This document shows, piece after piece, positions 54,352 through 64,000 of a stretch of 64,000 nucleotides of DNA; position 1 is the stretch's first letter; every line of letters begins with the position of its first letter. This stretch comes from an uncultured Candidatus Rokubacteria bacterium (GTDB lineage Bacteria; Methylomirabilota; Methylomirabilia; Rokubacteriales; CSP1-6). The DNA lies in contig CAWBMV010000016.1 in assembly GCA_963789955.1 (NCBI GenBank), forward strand, positions 32,001-96,000, in the 5' to 3' direction. The notes below the pieces were generated by a model, which saw only the letters and a program-made list of their open reading frames with translations, was not told the origin of the DNA and ran no database searches. Made by a program: the position numbers and the translations under genes.

Positions 54352-55317
54352 GCGCGTGCGCTCAAGGTCGCGGCGATCCGCTCACGATGCTCGCGAAACC
54401 AGTCGACCGTTCGCTCGATGCCCTCGCGAACGCTCACCGCTGGCGCGAATCCCAGTGTGGCCCGCGCCTTGCCGATGTCCGCCTCGCGGTGGGTCGAGCG
54501 GTCCCAGGGCCGCCGCGGCGCGAACTGGATCGGGCTCGCGGAGCGGCACGCCTTGACGATCATCTCCGCCAGATCGATGACGCGGGTCTGAACACCGGTC
54601 CCGAGGTTGAACGCGTCGCCGCGGGCCGCGGGCATCTCGGCGCTCGCGAGCAGACCGTCCGACGAGATCGTCGACGAAGATGAAATCGCGCGTCTCTTCT
54701 CCGGTCCCGGTGATGACCAGCGGCTCGCCGTGCAGCGCGCGCCAGATGAAGTTCGGGATCACGTTTCGGTAGGCGCCGGGCACTTCGCCCGGACCATACG
54801 AGTTGAAGAAGCGGCAGCGCACCGTGGTGCACGCGGGCATCGAAGTAATTGCAGTAGAGCTCGCCCAGCGCCTTCGTGATCTGGTAGGGCGTGTCGAGCG
54901 CGAGGCTCACCGGCATGTCCTCGCGAATCGGCCCGTCGACGCCGTGACCGGCGATCGAGCAGCCGGCCGACGCGTAGACGAAGCGTTCCGCCCGGCGCGC
55001 CTCGGCCCACATGAGCGCCGTGAGCGTGCCGAGACCGTTCGTGTGCAGATCGTCGCGCGGATGATCCACGCTGTTCTGATTCGCGAAGAAGGCGGCGAGG
55101 TGGAAGACCAGCGGGCCATCCGCCCGAGGCCCAGATCGAAGATCCGGCACACGTCGCCTCGCGTGAGTCGGACTCGCGGATCTGAGGGGAGCAGCCACTC
55201 ATACCCCGACGACAGGTCGTCGACGACCTCCACGTGCGCGACGTCACGCTCCAGCAATCGCCGGACGAGCCAGGATCCGATCGCGCCCGCGCCTCCGGTG
55301 ACGACGACGGTCTTCAT
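54348..55317 (-). CDS. NAD-dependent sugar epimerase/dehydratase (frameshifted)
   Basis: TGGAGAIG, HLAAFFANQNS, YQITK, RFFNSYGP, TRDFIFV. Confidence 0.88.
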
Positions 55318-56423
55318 GCTCGTTCGACTGCGGGCGCGCGGCCGGCGCGCCACGCCGCTTCGTGGATCGCGCGCGCGTACCGCGGCCACACACGCTCGAT
55401 GTCGCAGCGCTCGACCACCGTCTGGCGTCCGCGCCCACCGATCTCGCGCGCCCGATCGGGTCGTGAGAAGAGCTCGACGACGCGCTTCGTCATGCCGGCG
55501 ACATCGCCCACCTCGACGAGGAATCCGTTATCTTCGTGACGAATCAAGTCCGGAAGGCCTCCCACTCCGGTCGCGACGACAGGCAGCCCGACGGCCATCG
55601 CCTCGATTACCGCGTTCGGAAGCCCCTCGGAATGGCTGGGAAAGAGAAACACGTCGCTCTCGCCGAGCACGCGTTGAACCTCGTGACGGCCGAGCCAGCC
55701 CGTGGTGCGCGCCGCGCCCGACAATCCCGCGCTGGCGACGCTCTCGCGGAATGCGTCCAGATCGCGGCCGCCACCGACGATGGTGAGCGTCGCCGAGGGG
55801 TGAACCGTTCGAACGCCAGCAAGAACCTCGAGGGCCTCGAAGACCCCTTTCTCGCGCGTCACCCAGCCGACGAAGACGATGCGGCCCCCGGGAGCATGCG
55901 GGACGGCAGGGTCGCCGAGCCTCACACCATTCGAGACCTCGATGACCTTGTCGCCGCCCGCGAAACGACCGAAGTAGGTCGTCCAGTACCCGCTCTGCGT
56001 GCACACGCAGTGAGCGCTCCTGAGCACCAGCCGCAGCCAGGTGCGCAGCACCGGCCACCGGGCACACTGCTCGGGAACATTGCCGCCGCTGATTCGCAGC
56101 ACCACCCCGCGACGAGCCAGGCGCGCGAGAATGCACATCCATCCCTTCTCGAGCAGGCTGACCGCGTCCGCCGCGAAGACGAGTACGACGTCGGCCGCCC
56201 AGAGGCGCCTGACGAACCGAGAGAGCCTGGCGACGGCCCTCGCGGCGCGTCGAGGCAGTGCCGGTGGCGGCACGGACGGCAGGGCCGTGGACAGCAATTC
56301 CAGCTCGACCGCGGAGGCCAGGCTGCTCTCGAAGAGCGCGTTGGCCGCGACAGCCTGGCCTCCGGTCGCGCCGCCCGCGCCCGCCGCGACCGAGGCGACG
56401 AAGAGGACGCGCAGCCGGCTCAC
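55314..56423 (-). CDS. GT4 glycosyltransferase
   Basis: FVGWVTREKG, FLFPSHSEGLPNAVIEAMA, GGLPDLI. GTGA overlap with the upstream gene. Confidence 0.9.
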   Translation of the reverse strand: MSRLRVLFVASVAAGAGGATGGQAVAANALFESSLASAVELELLSTALPSVPPPALPRRAARAVARLSRFVRRLWAADVVLVFAADAVSLLEKGWMCILARLARRGVVLRISGGNVPEQCARWPVLRTWLRLVLRSAHCVCTQSGYWTTYFGRFAGGDKVIEVSNGVRLGDPAVPHAPGGRIVFVGWVTREKGVFEALEVLAGVRTVHPSATLTIVGGGRDLDAFRESVASAGLSGAARTTGWLGRHEVQRVLGESDVFLFPSHSEGLPNAVIEAMAVGLPVVATGVGGLPDLIRHEDNGFLVEVGDVAGMTKRVVELFSRPDRAREIGGRGRQTVVERCDIERVWPRYARAIHEAAWRAGRAPAVERA

Positions 56424-58335
56424 GTCGTGGACGGCGGTTCCACTCGACCGAGAATGCACCGCCGCCAGCGAAAGAACGTGTACAGCAGGAACGACCGATG
56501 AAGCGCTCGATAGCTGTCGTGGCGCCGGCACCGTTCCATGTCGGCGCGGACCTGTCGTTCCAGGGCGACGCGGTTGAGCTCCGCGTCCGGGTCGCGCGCG
56601 TAAGCATCCACCTCCCGGCGGAGCGCGGTCCAGAAGCGCTCGCCCAGCCATCGCGAAACCGGGAGCGTGAAGCCGCGCTTGGGCGCCGCCGAGGACGGGC
56701 TGAGGCAGACGGCCGGCCAGCGCCTCTCGAAGTACGCGCTTGCCGAGGCCTCCACGGACCTTGAGATGCCCAGGCAACGCGAGCGCGTACGCCGCCAGGC
56801 GGGAATCGAGGAACGGGGCGCGGACCTCGAGCGATTCGGCCATCGACATCCGATCGACCTTCGTGAGGATGTCTTGCGGCAGTGAGACGCGGAGCTCGTG
56901 AAGTGACATGGCGAGCAAGGGATCCTTCACGCCCTGCCACAGCCGGCGCGACTCCTCCCGCATCACATCGATCTGCTCTCGCGCCTCGCACTCCCAGGGC
57001 GTCGCGCGAAAGAGCTCGAGCAGGGCGTCATCGCTAAAGAGCCCTTCCATCGAGTGCGGCAGCAAACCCGCTGGGACGGCGCCGTTGAGCTGAAAGGCCC
57101 TTTGAACTCCTTCCCACCGCCCGTGGTCTGGGAGCATGCGGGACAGGACTCCGGAGGTACACGCGCCCAACCAGCCTCCTCCCAGACGCCGGAGGCGGTC
57201 CGTCCGCAGGTGCGACAGGTAGCCGCCAAAGAGCTCGTCGCCGCCGTCACCCGACAGCACCACGCGGAAGTGACGCCGAGCCGCCCGCGACACCGACCTG
57301 GTCGGGATCGCGCTCGTGTCGTGGAACGGCTGCCCGAAATGCTGCAAGAGCTCGTCGACGACCACTTCCGAAAAGGAGGCCGTCTGAGCGCTCTCCTCGT
57401 GAAGCTCGATCCCGAGGCGGGCGGCCGTCTGCCGAGCGAGCGGGCGTTCGTCGTGCGCGGCGTCATCGAATCCGACTGTGACGGCGGCGATGCTCGATGT
57501 CGCTCGAACGGCGGAGGCGGCGATCGCGCTCGAGTCGATCCCGCCGCTCAGGAAGAGCCCGACGGGCACGTCGGCGACCAGCCGCTCGCGGACACTCGCG
57601 TCCAGCAAGGCCAGGATCTGCGAGCCGCACCGCTCGAGCCGAGCCACATTCCTCGTCGACGCGGTCGGGCAAGCACCAATAGTGCCCGGACTCCTCGGCT
57701 CCGGCGGACGATCGCCGCAGCCAGGTCCCGGGACGCAGCTCCGAGATGCCCTCGACGGCGCTGATCCCCGGCCAGGGGTAGCCGGCCCGAAGAATCGCGG
57801 CGAGCCCGCGAGCGGACGGCCGCCGGGCCGAGCGGGCCGTGAGCACGAGCGGCGCGAGCTCGCTGCAGAAGGCGAAGCCATCGCGCCGATCGACGTACAG
57901 CGGCTTCTCGCCGAATCGGTCACGAGCCAGCCACAGATCACCGGCGGGGATGTCGACCGCGGCGAAGCTGAACATGCCCTCGGCCGACGCGAGCGCGCCG
58001 GGGACCCCGCGCTCGGCGATCAGCTCGAGCAGCACTTCCGTGTCGGAGGCGGTCCGGAACCGGACGCCTCGTGACGCCATCTCGGCGCGGAGCCGGACGA
58101 AGTTGTAGATCTCGCCATTCAGGACCAGACACCAGCGCCCATCGGCGCTCGTCATCGGCTGGAGTCCCCGCCGAGGGTCGATGATGGCGAGCCGAACCAT
58201 GCCCAGGCGCCACGTCACGCCACGCCATTCGCCCGAGTCGTCGGGGCCGCGATGCTGGAGCATCCCGAGCATCTTGGAGACGTCCGGGCCTCCTGCGTCC
58301 AGTGCTCGTCGATCGGTCCCGGCGATACCGCACAC
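56420..58335 (-). CDS. Asparagine synthase-like glutamine amidotransferase (frameshifted)
   Basis: CGIAG, HRGPD, NGEIYN, RDRFGEKPLY, LSGGIDSS, SGDGGDELFGGY, DRMSMAESLEVRAPFLD, KRGF. Confidence 0.9.
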
Positions 58336-58339
58336 GGGC

Positions 58340-59782
58340 TCAGCGCTCCCCGCCGGTCATCGACTCGACGGTCGGCGACGGCAATCGCCGGCGACGACCG
58401 AGCCACGCCGCGACGAAGACCGCGGGGACCAGCGAGCCGACGATGCCCGCTTTCAGGAGCGAGGCGAAATCGCCCCGGATCATCATGATCGACAGCGACA
58501 CGACGACGGCGTAGACGAGGATGCGGCTCTTGCTGAACGGCGCGAGACGTCGATAGGTCACGGCGGCCCGGACCACGATCCCCTCGACGAAGGCCACGGC
58601 GGCCGCCCCCAGGATTCCGAAGTTCAGGTACCCCTCCGCCAGCAACGCGTAGCTGTATCCGCCTCCGGCGGCCGCGATCCCCGGATCGATCAGATTTACG
58701 AACCACTGGCTCGGCGCGATCGGTCGCTCCGGGTGCAGCGGCAGCGGAATCAGGATCTCGAAGGCGTCGACGAAGCTCCGGCCCAGCCAGAACGGCTCCT
58801 GCGCGGGAACTTGATAGATCGTCTCGGTCAGCGCGAGCAGGACCGTGACCGGCTCGGCCATCAGATTGACGAGTTCGTCGAGACCGAATTGCTCCACCAG
58901 ACGCGTCAGGATGCCGCCGAAACCTTCGGCGAGATAGGCGCGAGCGAGCCCCACCGCGGCGAACACCGGCAGCGCCAGGGCCGCGCCGATAACCAGCGTT
59001 CGTAGCCGGATCCGACGCGTGGAGAAGTGATGCGCAACCAGGAGCGCCAATATCGTCTCGAGCACCACGCGACGACGGCCGATGCGCAGCATGAGCAGGG
59101 CGAAGACCGAGAACAGGATCCACGGAAGGATCGGCGTGCGGCGGCCCCATTCCGCCGTCGTCAGATACAGCACGACGAGTCCGGTTTGCGCCAGCATCAC
59201 GCCCGCGGCCAGAACGCCGAGTCCCGCGATGGCCTCGTATCCTCGCGCGTATGCCGACTCGACCAGTGTCTCGACACCGACGGTCCCGACCAGGGTGCCG
59301 ACCAGCGCGGTCCCGAGGATCAGGAGCCCCGACGAGATCGCGAGACCCTCGCCTCGCGTCCAGTCGCCTTCGGCCCGCGGCATGAGTCCGGCGAGCGCGG
59401 GTCCGGCGGGGCTCGAATAGCCGAACAAGAAGGCGAAGAGGGCGATGAGCGCGACACCGATGATGCCGGACTCGAGGTGGAGGACCAGGCCGATGAAGCG
59501 TGGCACCTCTCCGACCGCCAGCCAGAAGAACGCCACCACCGGAACCACCACGTAGATACCGAAGAAGACGAGGAACACCGTGTCCATCTCGACGAGGTCG
59601 CGGGGATGGGTGGCGCAGCGATACCAGAGCGCCGCGAAATACGCGATGACCAGCACGGTCAACCAGATGTCGACCGGGCTCAGCACATCGGGCATCGCGA
59701 GCGCCACGATACCCGCCGAGAGCACGAGCACGTTCAGGACAGCGAGCGAGCTCAGCCACGGCGACGACAGCACGGCTCTCAC
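58340..59782 (-). CDS. wzy: O-antigen/EPS polymerase (Wzy-like)
   Basis: Multiple TMs, GRRR, periplasmic loop, LLAEGYLNFGILG, IRGD. The GTG start overlaps the upstream stop. Confidence 0.78.
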   Translation of the reverse strand: MRAVLSSPWLSSLAVLNVLVLSAGIVALAMPDVLSPVDIWLTVLVIAYFAALWYRCATHPRDLVEMDTVFLVFFGIYVVVPVVAFFWLAVGEVPRFIGLVLHLESGIIGVALIALFAFLFGYSSPAGPALAGLMPRAEGDWTRGEGLAISSGLLILGTALVGTLVGTVGVETLVESAYARGYEAIAGLGVLAAGVMLAQTGLVVLYLTTAEWGRRTPILPWILFSVFALLMLRIGRRRVVLETILALLVAHHFSTRRIRLRTLVIGAALALPVFAAVGLARAYLAEGFGGILTRLVEQFGLDELVNLMAEPVTVLLALTETIYQVPAQEPFWLGRSFVDAFEILIPLPLHPERPIAPSQWFVNLIDPGIAAAGGGYSYALLAEGYLNFGILGAAAVAFVEGIVVRAAVTYRRLAPFSKSRILVYAVVVSLSIMMIRGDFASLLKAGIVGSLVPAVFVAAWLGRRRRLPSPTVESMTGGER

Positions 59783-61260
59783 GAGGTCGCCCACAGGCGG
59801 CGGCGCAAGGGGCGCGTCCATTCCATCCCGGTCGCCGTCATGCTCCCGATGAACGCGAGCGCCGCGAGCGGCACGTACACGATCATTTCGACGGCGCTGT
59901 ACTGGGCCGGAAGCAGACTCCGCAGCGCAACGGCTCCGGCGCCGAGCAGCGCGCCCGACGCCAGCGCAGTCCAGGGGCGCAGGGCCGAAAAGCTCACGCG
60001 ATAAGCATGAGCGACGTACCGCAAAGTCAGGACGGCCAGCGTGACGCGCGACAGCAGGTAGGCGAGGCCAAGGGCTGCCATCCCGGCCAGACGCAGCCAG
60101 CCCAGCAGTGCCGAGGCGACGCCGAAGACGAGGATGGCGGCACAGAGGTTGCGGGTATTCACCGCCCGCTCTGTCTCGCCGTCGATCAGACCTCTCAGAC
60201 AGGCGAAGAGGAACGAGGGGGTCAACGAGAGGCACACCATCGCCGCGACCCCGGCCGCCGCGTCGTACTCGGGGCCGAGCCAGACCCGGATCAGCACGTC
60301 AGCCCAGATGACCATCTGGAAGGTCGCGAACGTGCCGCCGTGCAGCGCCCACTGGGCAACCTGGCGAGCCCGGGCTGCATGCGTATGGAAGTCTCCCCGT
60401 GCGATCGCGGCGGCCGACGCCGGGATCAGCACCTGGCTCAAGGCGCCGCTGATCGGATTGAGTGGCCTCATGAGCGCCAGGCCGATCGCCAGATAGCCCG
60501 CGCCGATCAGGCCCGCGCCTGACACGACGGCGATCCACGGCAAAGTCAGATCGAGAGCCGGCTCGAGGGCGCTGGCCGGCACTCTGCGCAGGCCGTATCG
60601 CAGCAGGACGGCGGCTTCGCGGAACGGACTCGGCCCGACTTGACTCCAGATCCAGCGGGCGATTCGCAGCAGCGACGGCAGCGTCGTGACGCCAGTGGCC
60701 ACCGCGGTCCACGTGATGACGGTCGAGAGGCTCGTATCACGGAGCAGCAGAACACACACCAGTGGCGACAGCCCGAGCGCGGCGACCGCCGTCCCCACCG
60801 ACTCCAGCACATGCTCGCGCGCGAGCTGAATCAGGCTCACCATCGTAGTGAAGGCCTGAGCGTACGTGAGCCATATGAATGCCCGCCACAGATGTTCGGC
60901 TCCGGGATGATCGAGAAGCCGGGCGATCGGCTCCGCGAAGACCACGCTCACGGCGCACCCAGCGGCGAGGCTCGCTCCCGCGAGGACGAGACCAGTCAGC
61001 GCGGCACCGGCGGCACGATCCGGCTTCGAGCCGAGGTACGCGACGGTCCGCTGCAGCGCGATCGGCAGTCCGAGCGCCGCGCACGCGAGCAGCAGTGATC
61101 CGTACAGCCTGAACAGGAGCACGGCCGAGAGGTCGAGGCCTCCATACCTTTGGGTATAGGCACGCGTGACCAGCAAGGTGAACCCGGCGATGAGCAGGCT
61201 GCCGGCACTGACGAGACAGGTCCGGCTGAGCAGTCGCTTCGAGGAGAAGGTCAATTTCAA
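59779..61260 (-). CDS. wzx: Oligosaccharide flippase (Wzx-like)
   Basis: About 12-14 TM segments, LGLPIALQR, LLRYG, LIRVWLGPEY..AA. Confidence 0.78.
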   Translation of the reverse strand: MKLTFSSKRLLSRTCLVSAGSLLIAGFTLLVTRAYTQRYGGLDLSAVLLFRLYGSLLLACAALGLPIALQRTVAYLGSKPDRAAGAALTGLVLAGASLAAGCAVSVVFAEPIARLLDHPGAEHLWRAFIWLTYAQAFTTMVSLIQLAREHVLESVGTAVAALGLSPLVCVLLLRDTSLSTVITWTAVATGVTTLPSLLRIARWIWSQVGPSPFREAAVLLRYGLRRVPASALEPALDLTLPWIAVVSGAGLIGAGYLAIGLALMRPLNPISGALSQVLIPASAAAIARGDFHTHAARARQVAQWALHGGTFATFQMVIWADVLIRVWLGPEYDAAAGVAAMVCLSLTPSFLFACLRGLIDGETERAVNTRNLCAAILVFGVASALLGWLRLAGMAALGLAYLLSRVTLAVLTLRYVAHAYRVSFSALRPWTALASGALLGAGAVALRSLLPAQYSAVEMIVYVPLAALAFIGSMTATGMEWTRPLRRRLWATS

Positions 61261-61367
61261 ATTGAAAAGGGCAGTAATCTGGCGAGGAGAAAGCTTCGCC
61301 CTCCCGGTCCCATTGAAGAGGGCGCCGCCTCAGATTGCATTCTAGTCCGGTCCCAGGAGGGTAAACA

Positions 61368-62786
61368 ATGTATTTCCGGGTTCGCAGAGACCGCACGCGA
61401 GACGGCAGCTGGAGGGCAAGCATCGCGCCACGCCTACTCGCGGTCATCGTCGCCGTGGCGGCCGGCGTCACTGGCGACGTCTCGGGTCAACCGACCGCGC
61501 CATTTACCGGGGTCGCGAACGTCAGGGACTTCCGCGCGACGGGCGACGGGGTGACGGACGATACCGCGGCGGTCAAGCAGGCGCTGGCCGCCGCCCTCCG
61601 CGCGAAGGGCACGATCTACTTCCCGCCCGGCACCTATCTGATTAGCGACACCTTGATGGTGACGGATACGGTCGCCTTCGTCGGGAGCGGCTGGGGCTCG
61701 GTCATCGCGCTGAAGGACGGAGTGCGACGGATCATGATCCTCGTGCAGGGCGCATCGCCATCGGGCGAGACGATCGGATTCCAGGCGTCGAATCTCGTGC
61801 TCGACGGCAAACAAGGGGGGCAGCTGGATGGCGGCCTGCTCCAGATCAACAGCTCGGTGGGCTTCGTCGTCGACCATCTATGGGTTCGCAACGGCGGACG
61901 ACCCGGCGAGTCGCGGACGCAGGGGGTTGACGGCATCGCCGTCGCCGTCAAGTCACCGACGAACCTGGTCGCGAGCCGCGGGGTCATCATGAACTCGATG
62001 ATCGAGGCGACGACCAAGCCCGGGATCCTCTGGAGCACTCACGCCACCGACGGGCTGATCTCGGGGAACATCATCCGCGGTCTTCGCGGGAACTCGCAAA
62101 CTCCGTGCCTCGCCGTCTCCGAGGGCCGGAACGTGACGGTGAGCGGCAACTCGGTCAGCGGCTGTGAAGCTTCTGGGATCTCGATCGCGAACGGGGGGAA
62201 CAACGTCGCTCCCGTGCACGCCATCATCGCCAACAATCACGCATATGGAAACGGTACGGGGACGGTCGAGGGCAACGGCATCCAGGTCGTCAATGCCTTT
62301 CCTGATCGGCGCGTCTTCGTCGAGATCACCGGCAACGTGCTCTACGACAATCGCGGCGCCGCCGACGGGTACGGCATCCTGGTTCAGAACGTCGATCACG
62401 CGATCGTCAGCGGGAACATCGTCAGGAACAACAAGCGCAGCGGGATCGTTCTGTACAACGTCAGCGGCGCCCTGGTCGAGGGCAACTACATCCTCGGCAA
62501 CAATGCACTGGGAACTCCGGAGCACTCGGGGATCATGCTCCATCAGGTCAGTCGGGTGCACGTGACCGGCAACTTCGCTTTCGACGACGGCCCGACGCCG
62601 ACCCAGGCCTACGGTCTCTTCTTCAGCGGGACCAGGCCGAGCGATCGAATCTCCGTCACGAACAACGTGCTGTACCCGAACAAGCTCGGCCCCTGGCACG
62701 GCCACGCGCCGCCGACCAACACCGTGTTCGTCGCGAATCGGACGGGCGACGATACTCATCTGGCCATCGGCTCGGGGACCCCCTGA
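61368..62786 (+). CDS. Secreted right-handed beta-helix protein (Pectate_lyase_3/GH28-like N-terminus)
   Basis: AGGAGG RBS, signal peptide, NVRDFRATGDGVTDDTAA..IYFPPGTY, many GN/NN ladder repeats. Confidence 0.85.
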   Translation: MYFRVRRDRTRDGSWRASIAPRLLAVIVAVAAGVTGDVSGQPTAPFTGVANVRDFRATGDGVTDDTAAVKQALAAALRAKGTIYFPPGTYLISDTLMVTDTVAFVGSGWGSVIALKDGVRRIMILVQGASPSGETIGFQASNLVLDGKQGGQLDGGLLQINSSVGFVVDHLWVRNGGRPGESRTQGVDGIAVAVKSPTNLVASRGVIMNSMIEATTKPGILWSTHATDGLISGNIIRGLRGNSQTPCLAVSEGRNVTVSGNSVSGCEASGISIANGGNNVAPVHAIIANNHAYGNGTGTVEGNGIQVVNAFPDRRVFVEITGNVLYDNRGAADGYGILVQNVDHAIVSGNIVRNNKRSGIVLYNVSGALVEGNYILGNNALGTPEHSGIMLHQVSRVHVTGNFAFDDGPTPTQAYGLFFSGTRPSDRISVTNNVLYPNKLGPWHGHAPPTNTVFVANRTGDDTHLAIGSGTP

Positions 62787-62912
62787 CGGTTCGCTGGAGC
62801 TGACGGCCAACGCCTCCGCTGCCGCGTCGGGGCCGGAGTCGCCACCGGCGCTGTATGTCGACGTCAAATACAAAGGGAGGATGTATCGACTTCCGCTCTA
62901 CGCTCGGTGAGG

Positions 62913-62950
62913 AAAAACGATCGGCCCTCCGGTAGCTGGAGGGCCGATCG
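62913..62950 (-). terminator. Intrinsic terminator
   Basis: CGATCGGCCCTCC-7 nt loop-GGAGGGCCGATCG followed by TTTTT on the minus strand, 30 nt after the upstream stop. Confidence 0.75.
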
Positions 62951-62980
62951 CCGTTTCGCTGATATCGCGTCGCGACGAGG

Positions 62981-63772
62981 CTATTGCAAGGTCAACAGCA
63001 CCAGCACCTCGCCCTGGCCGTCGGCGAGCGACTCGAGCGCCTTGCCGATCAGCGTCCCGGGCTGATGAATCGCGGCGGTGCCGATCGTCACGGGCTCCGA
63101 ACGCATCGCGTACCCCGGAGTCGCGCTCGTGACCAGCAGGTCACCGATCTGAACCGGGCCGTACTTTGCGTCCACCTTGACCTTCACCCGGCCGATGTGG
63201 GCGACCTTCACCTGATTGTCGCCGCCCTCGCCCAGGATCAGGCCTGGCTTGTCCGATACGACGCCGGCCACCCGCGTGTCGTACGCCTTCTGGCTCTCCA
63301 TCACTTCGTTCGGCTTGATACCCCCGAGGATCACCACGGTGCCAGGAGCGAGCTTGCTGGCTGCGGGCACCCACTCGGCCACGTCCTGGTACTTCGCCGC
63401 GATGTTGCCATCGACCTGGACGTTGCCCGCCACGTGAAGCGTGGCGGCCGGCGTCGTCGTTCCGATCCCGACGTTTCCGCTCGGGAGGACGAGCAGCTGT
63501 GGCGCGCTGCTGTTCGTGTACAGCCCGACCGGCATATTCGTCCGCGAGCCAAGGTGCAAACCCATGACGCCGCCGGAGCTACCGGTGAAGAACTCGCTGA
63601 AGTTCGAACTTTGCGACATCCGGATCCGTCCGTTCACGTCCAGCTCTGACCCGGGCGCGATCGTGCTGATCCCGACCCAGCCCGCGTTCTGGAGTAGATT
63701 CTGCGCCCAGGCCTGCGATGCGCTGAACGCGCCAACAACGACGAGCGCCACGACCAACCAGTTTTTCCTCAT
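62981..63772 (-). CDS. Secreted protein with GNVGIG repeats and a peptidase G2/intramolecular-chaperone-like C-terminus
   Basis: Signal peptide ending AWA, GNVGIGTTTP, QDVAEW..PGTVV..VAGVVSDKPG..GRVKVKV..GDLLVTS..GKALE. Confidence 0.7.
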   Translation of the reverse strand: MRKNWLVVALVVVGAFSASQAWAQNLLQNAGWVGISTIAPGSELDVNGRIRMSQSSNFSEFFTGSSGGVMGLHLGSRTNMPVGLYTNSSAPQLLVLPSGNVGIGTTTPAATLHVAGNVQVDGNIAAKYQDVAEWVPAASKLAPGTVVILGGIKPNEVMESQKAYDTRVAGVVSDKPGLILGEGGDNQVKVAHIGRVKVKVDAKYGPVQIGDLLVTSATPGYAMRSEPVTIGTAAIHQPGTLIGKALESLADGQGEVLVLLTLQ

Positions 63773-64000
63773 CACCGGCCTCCCTCGGCTGTGACGGGGG
63801 CTCCAGGTGCCCCCAGTTGTACCGCCCACATCGCAATCTCGCCTGAGAATTGGCGAATCTCTTTCAGAGTGTCCGCCCGACAACACTGACGTGTCCTTTT
63901 GGCTGCCGCGCGATCATTCACGTACACTCCCTGAAGCGGCGTCGCCCCTCGAATCGCTCTGCTAGTCAGCGCCATTTCGTCGATAACTGCGCTTTCTCAC

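Noticed and set aside
55314..57941. 875-aa AsnB-GT4 fusion
   Set aside because: AsnB ends in another frame at 56420 (KRGF...STT*), and GT4 starts at an overlapping GTG.
63955..63980. sigma54 promoter (TGGCGC...AGCA on minus strand)
   Set aside because: GG-to-GC spacing is 9 nt rather than 10, and the -12 element is poor.

Overview
GC-rich bacterial chromosomal window. The gene families (solo ABC_sub_bind protein, Rieske oxygenase, amidohydrolase, LLM oxidoreductase, EthD) resemble Ca. Rokubacteria/Methylomirabilota, but that assignment is inference only. Many genes carry single-base frameshifts typical of uncorrected long-read assembly, so several boundaries are reconstructed across frames. 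Left part (1-26 kb): thrS, tRNA-Val(GAC), a TonB-family gene, and aroF preceded by an apparent Phe/Tyr ribosome-mediated attenuator and a tandem repeat. It also holds a three-gene module (leader-peptide-like small protein, cNMP-binding protein, RRE-fused M50-like membrane protein lacking its catalytic Glu), aromatic/redox enzymes, a kaiC-kaiB-kaiB-hybrid kinase operon, and a pair of inverted hairpin elements. Right part (26.7-61.3 kb): one co-oriented minus-strand run of about 34.5 kb. It joins a Wzx/Wzy polysaccharide pathway to a type II PKS/FAS cassette (KS, dead KS, enlarged ACP, KR, DH, ER) and an Arn-like module. Flanking it are an UpxY-like NusG paralogue, a beta-helix protein, and a secreted protein with a phage-type autochaperone-like domain. 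The best candidates for undescribed systems are the PKS-polysaccharide hybrid locus, the leader/cNMP/RRE-pseudoprotease module and the aroF attenuator.
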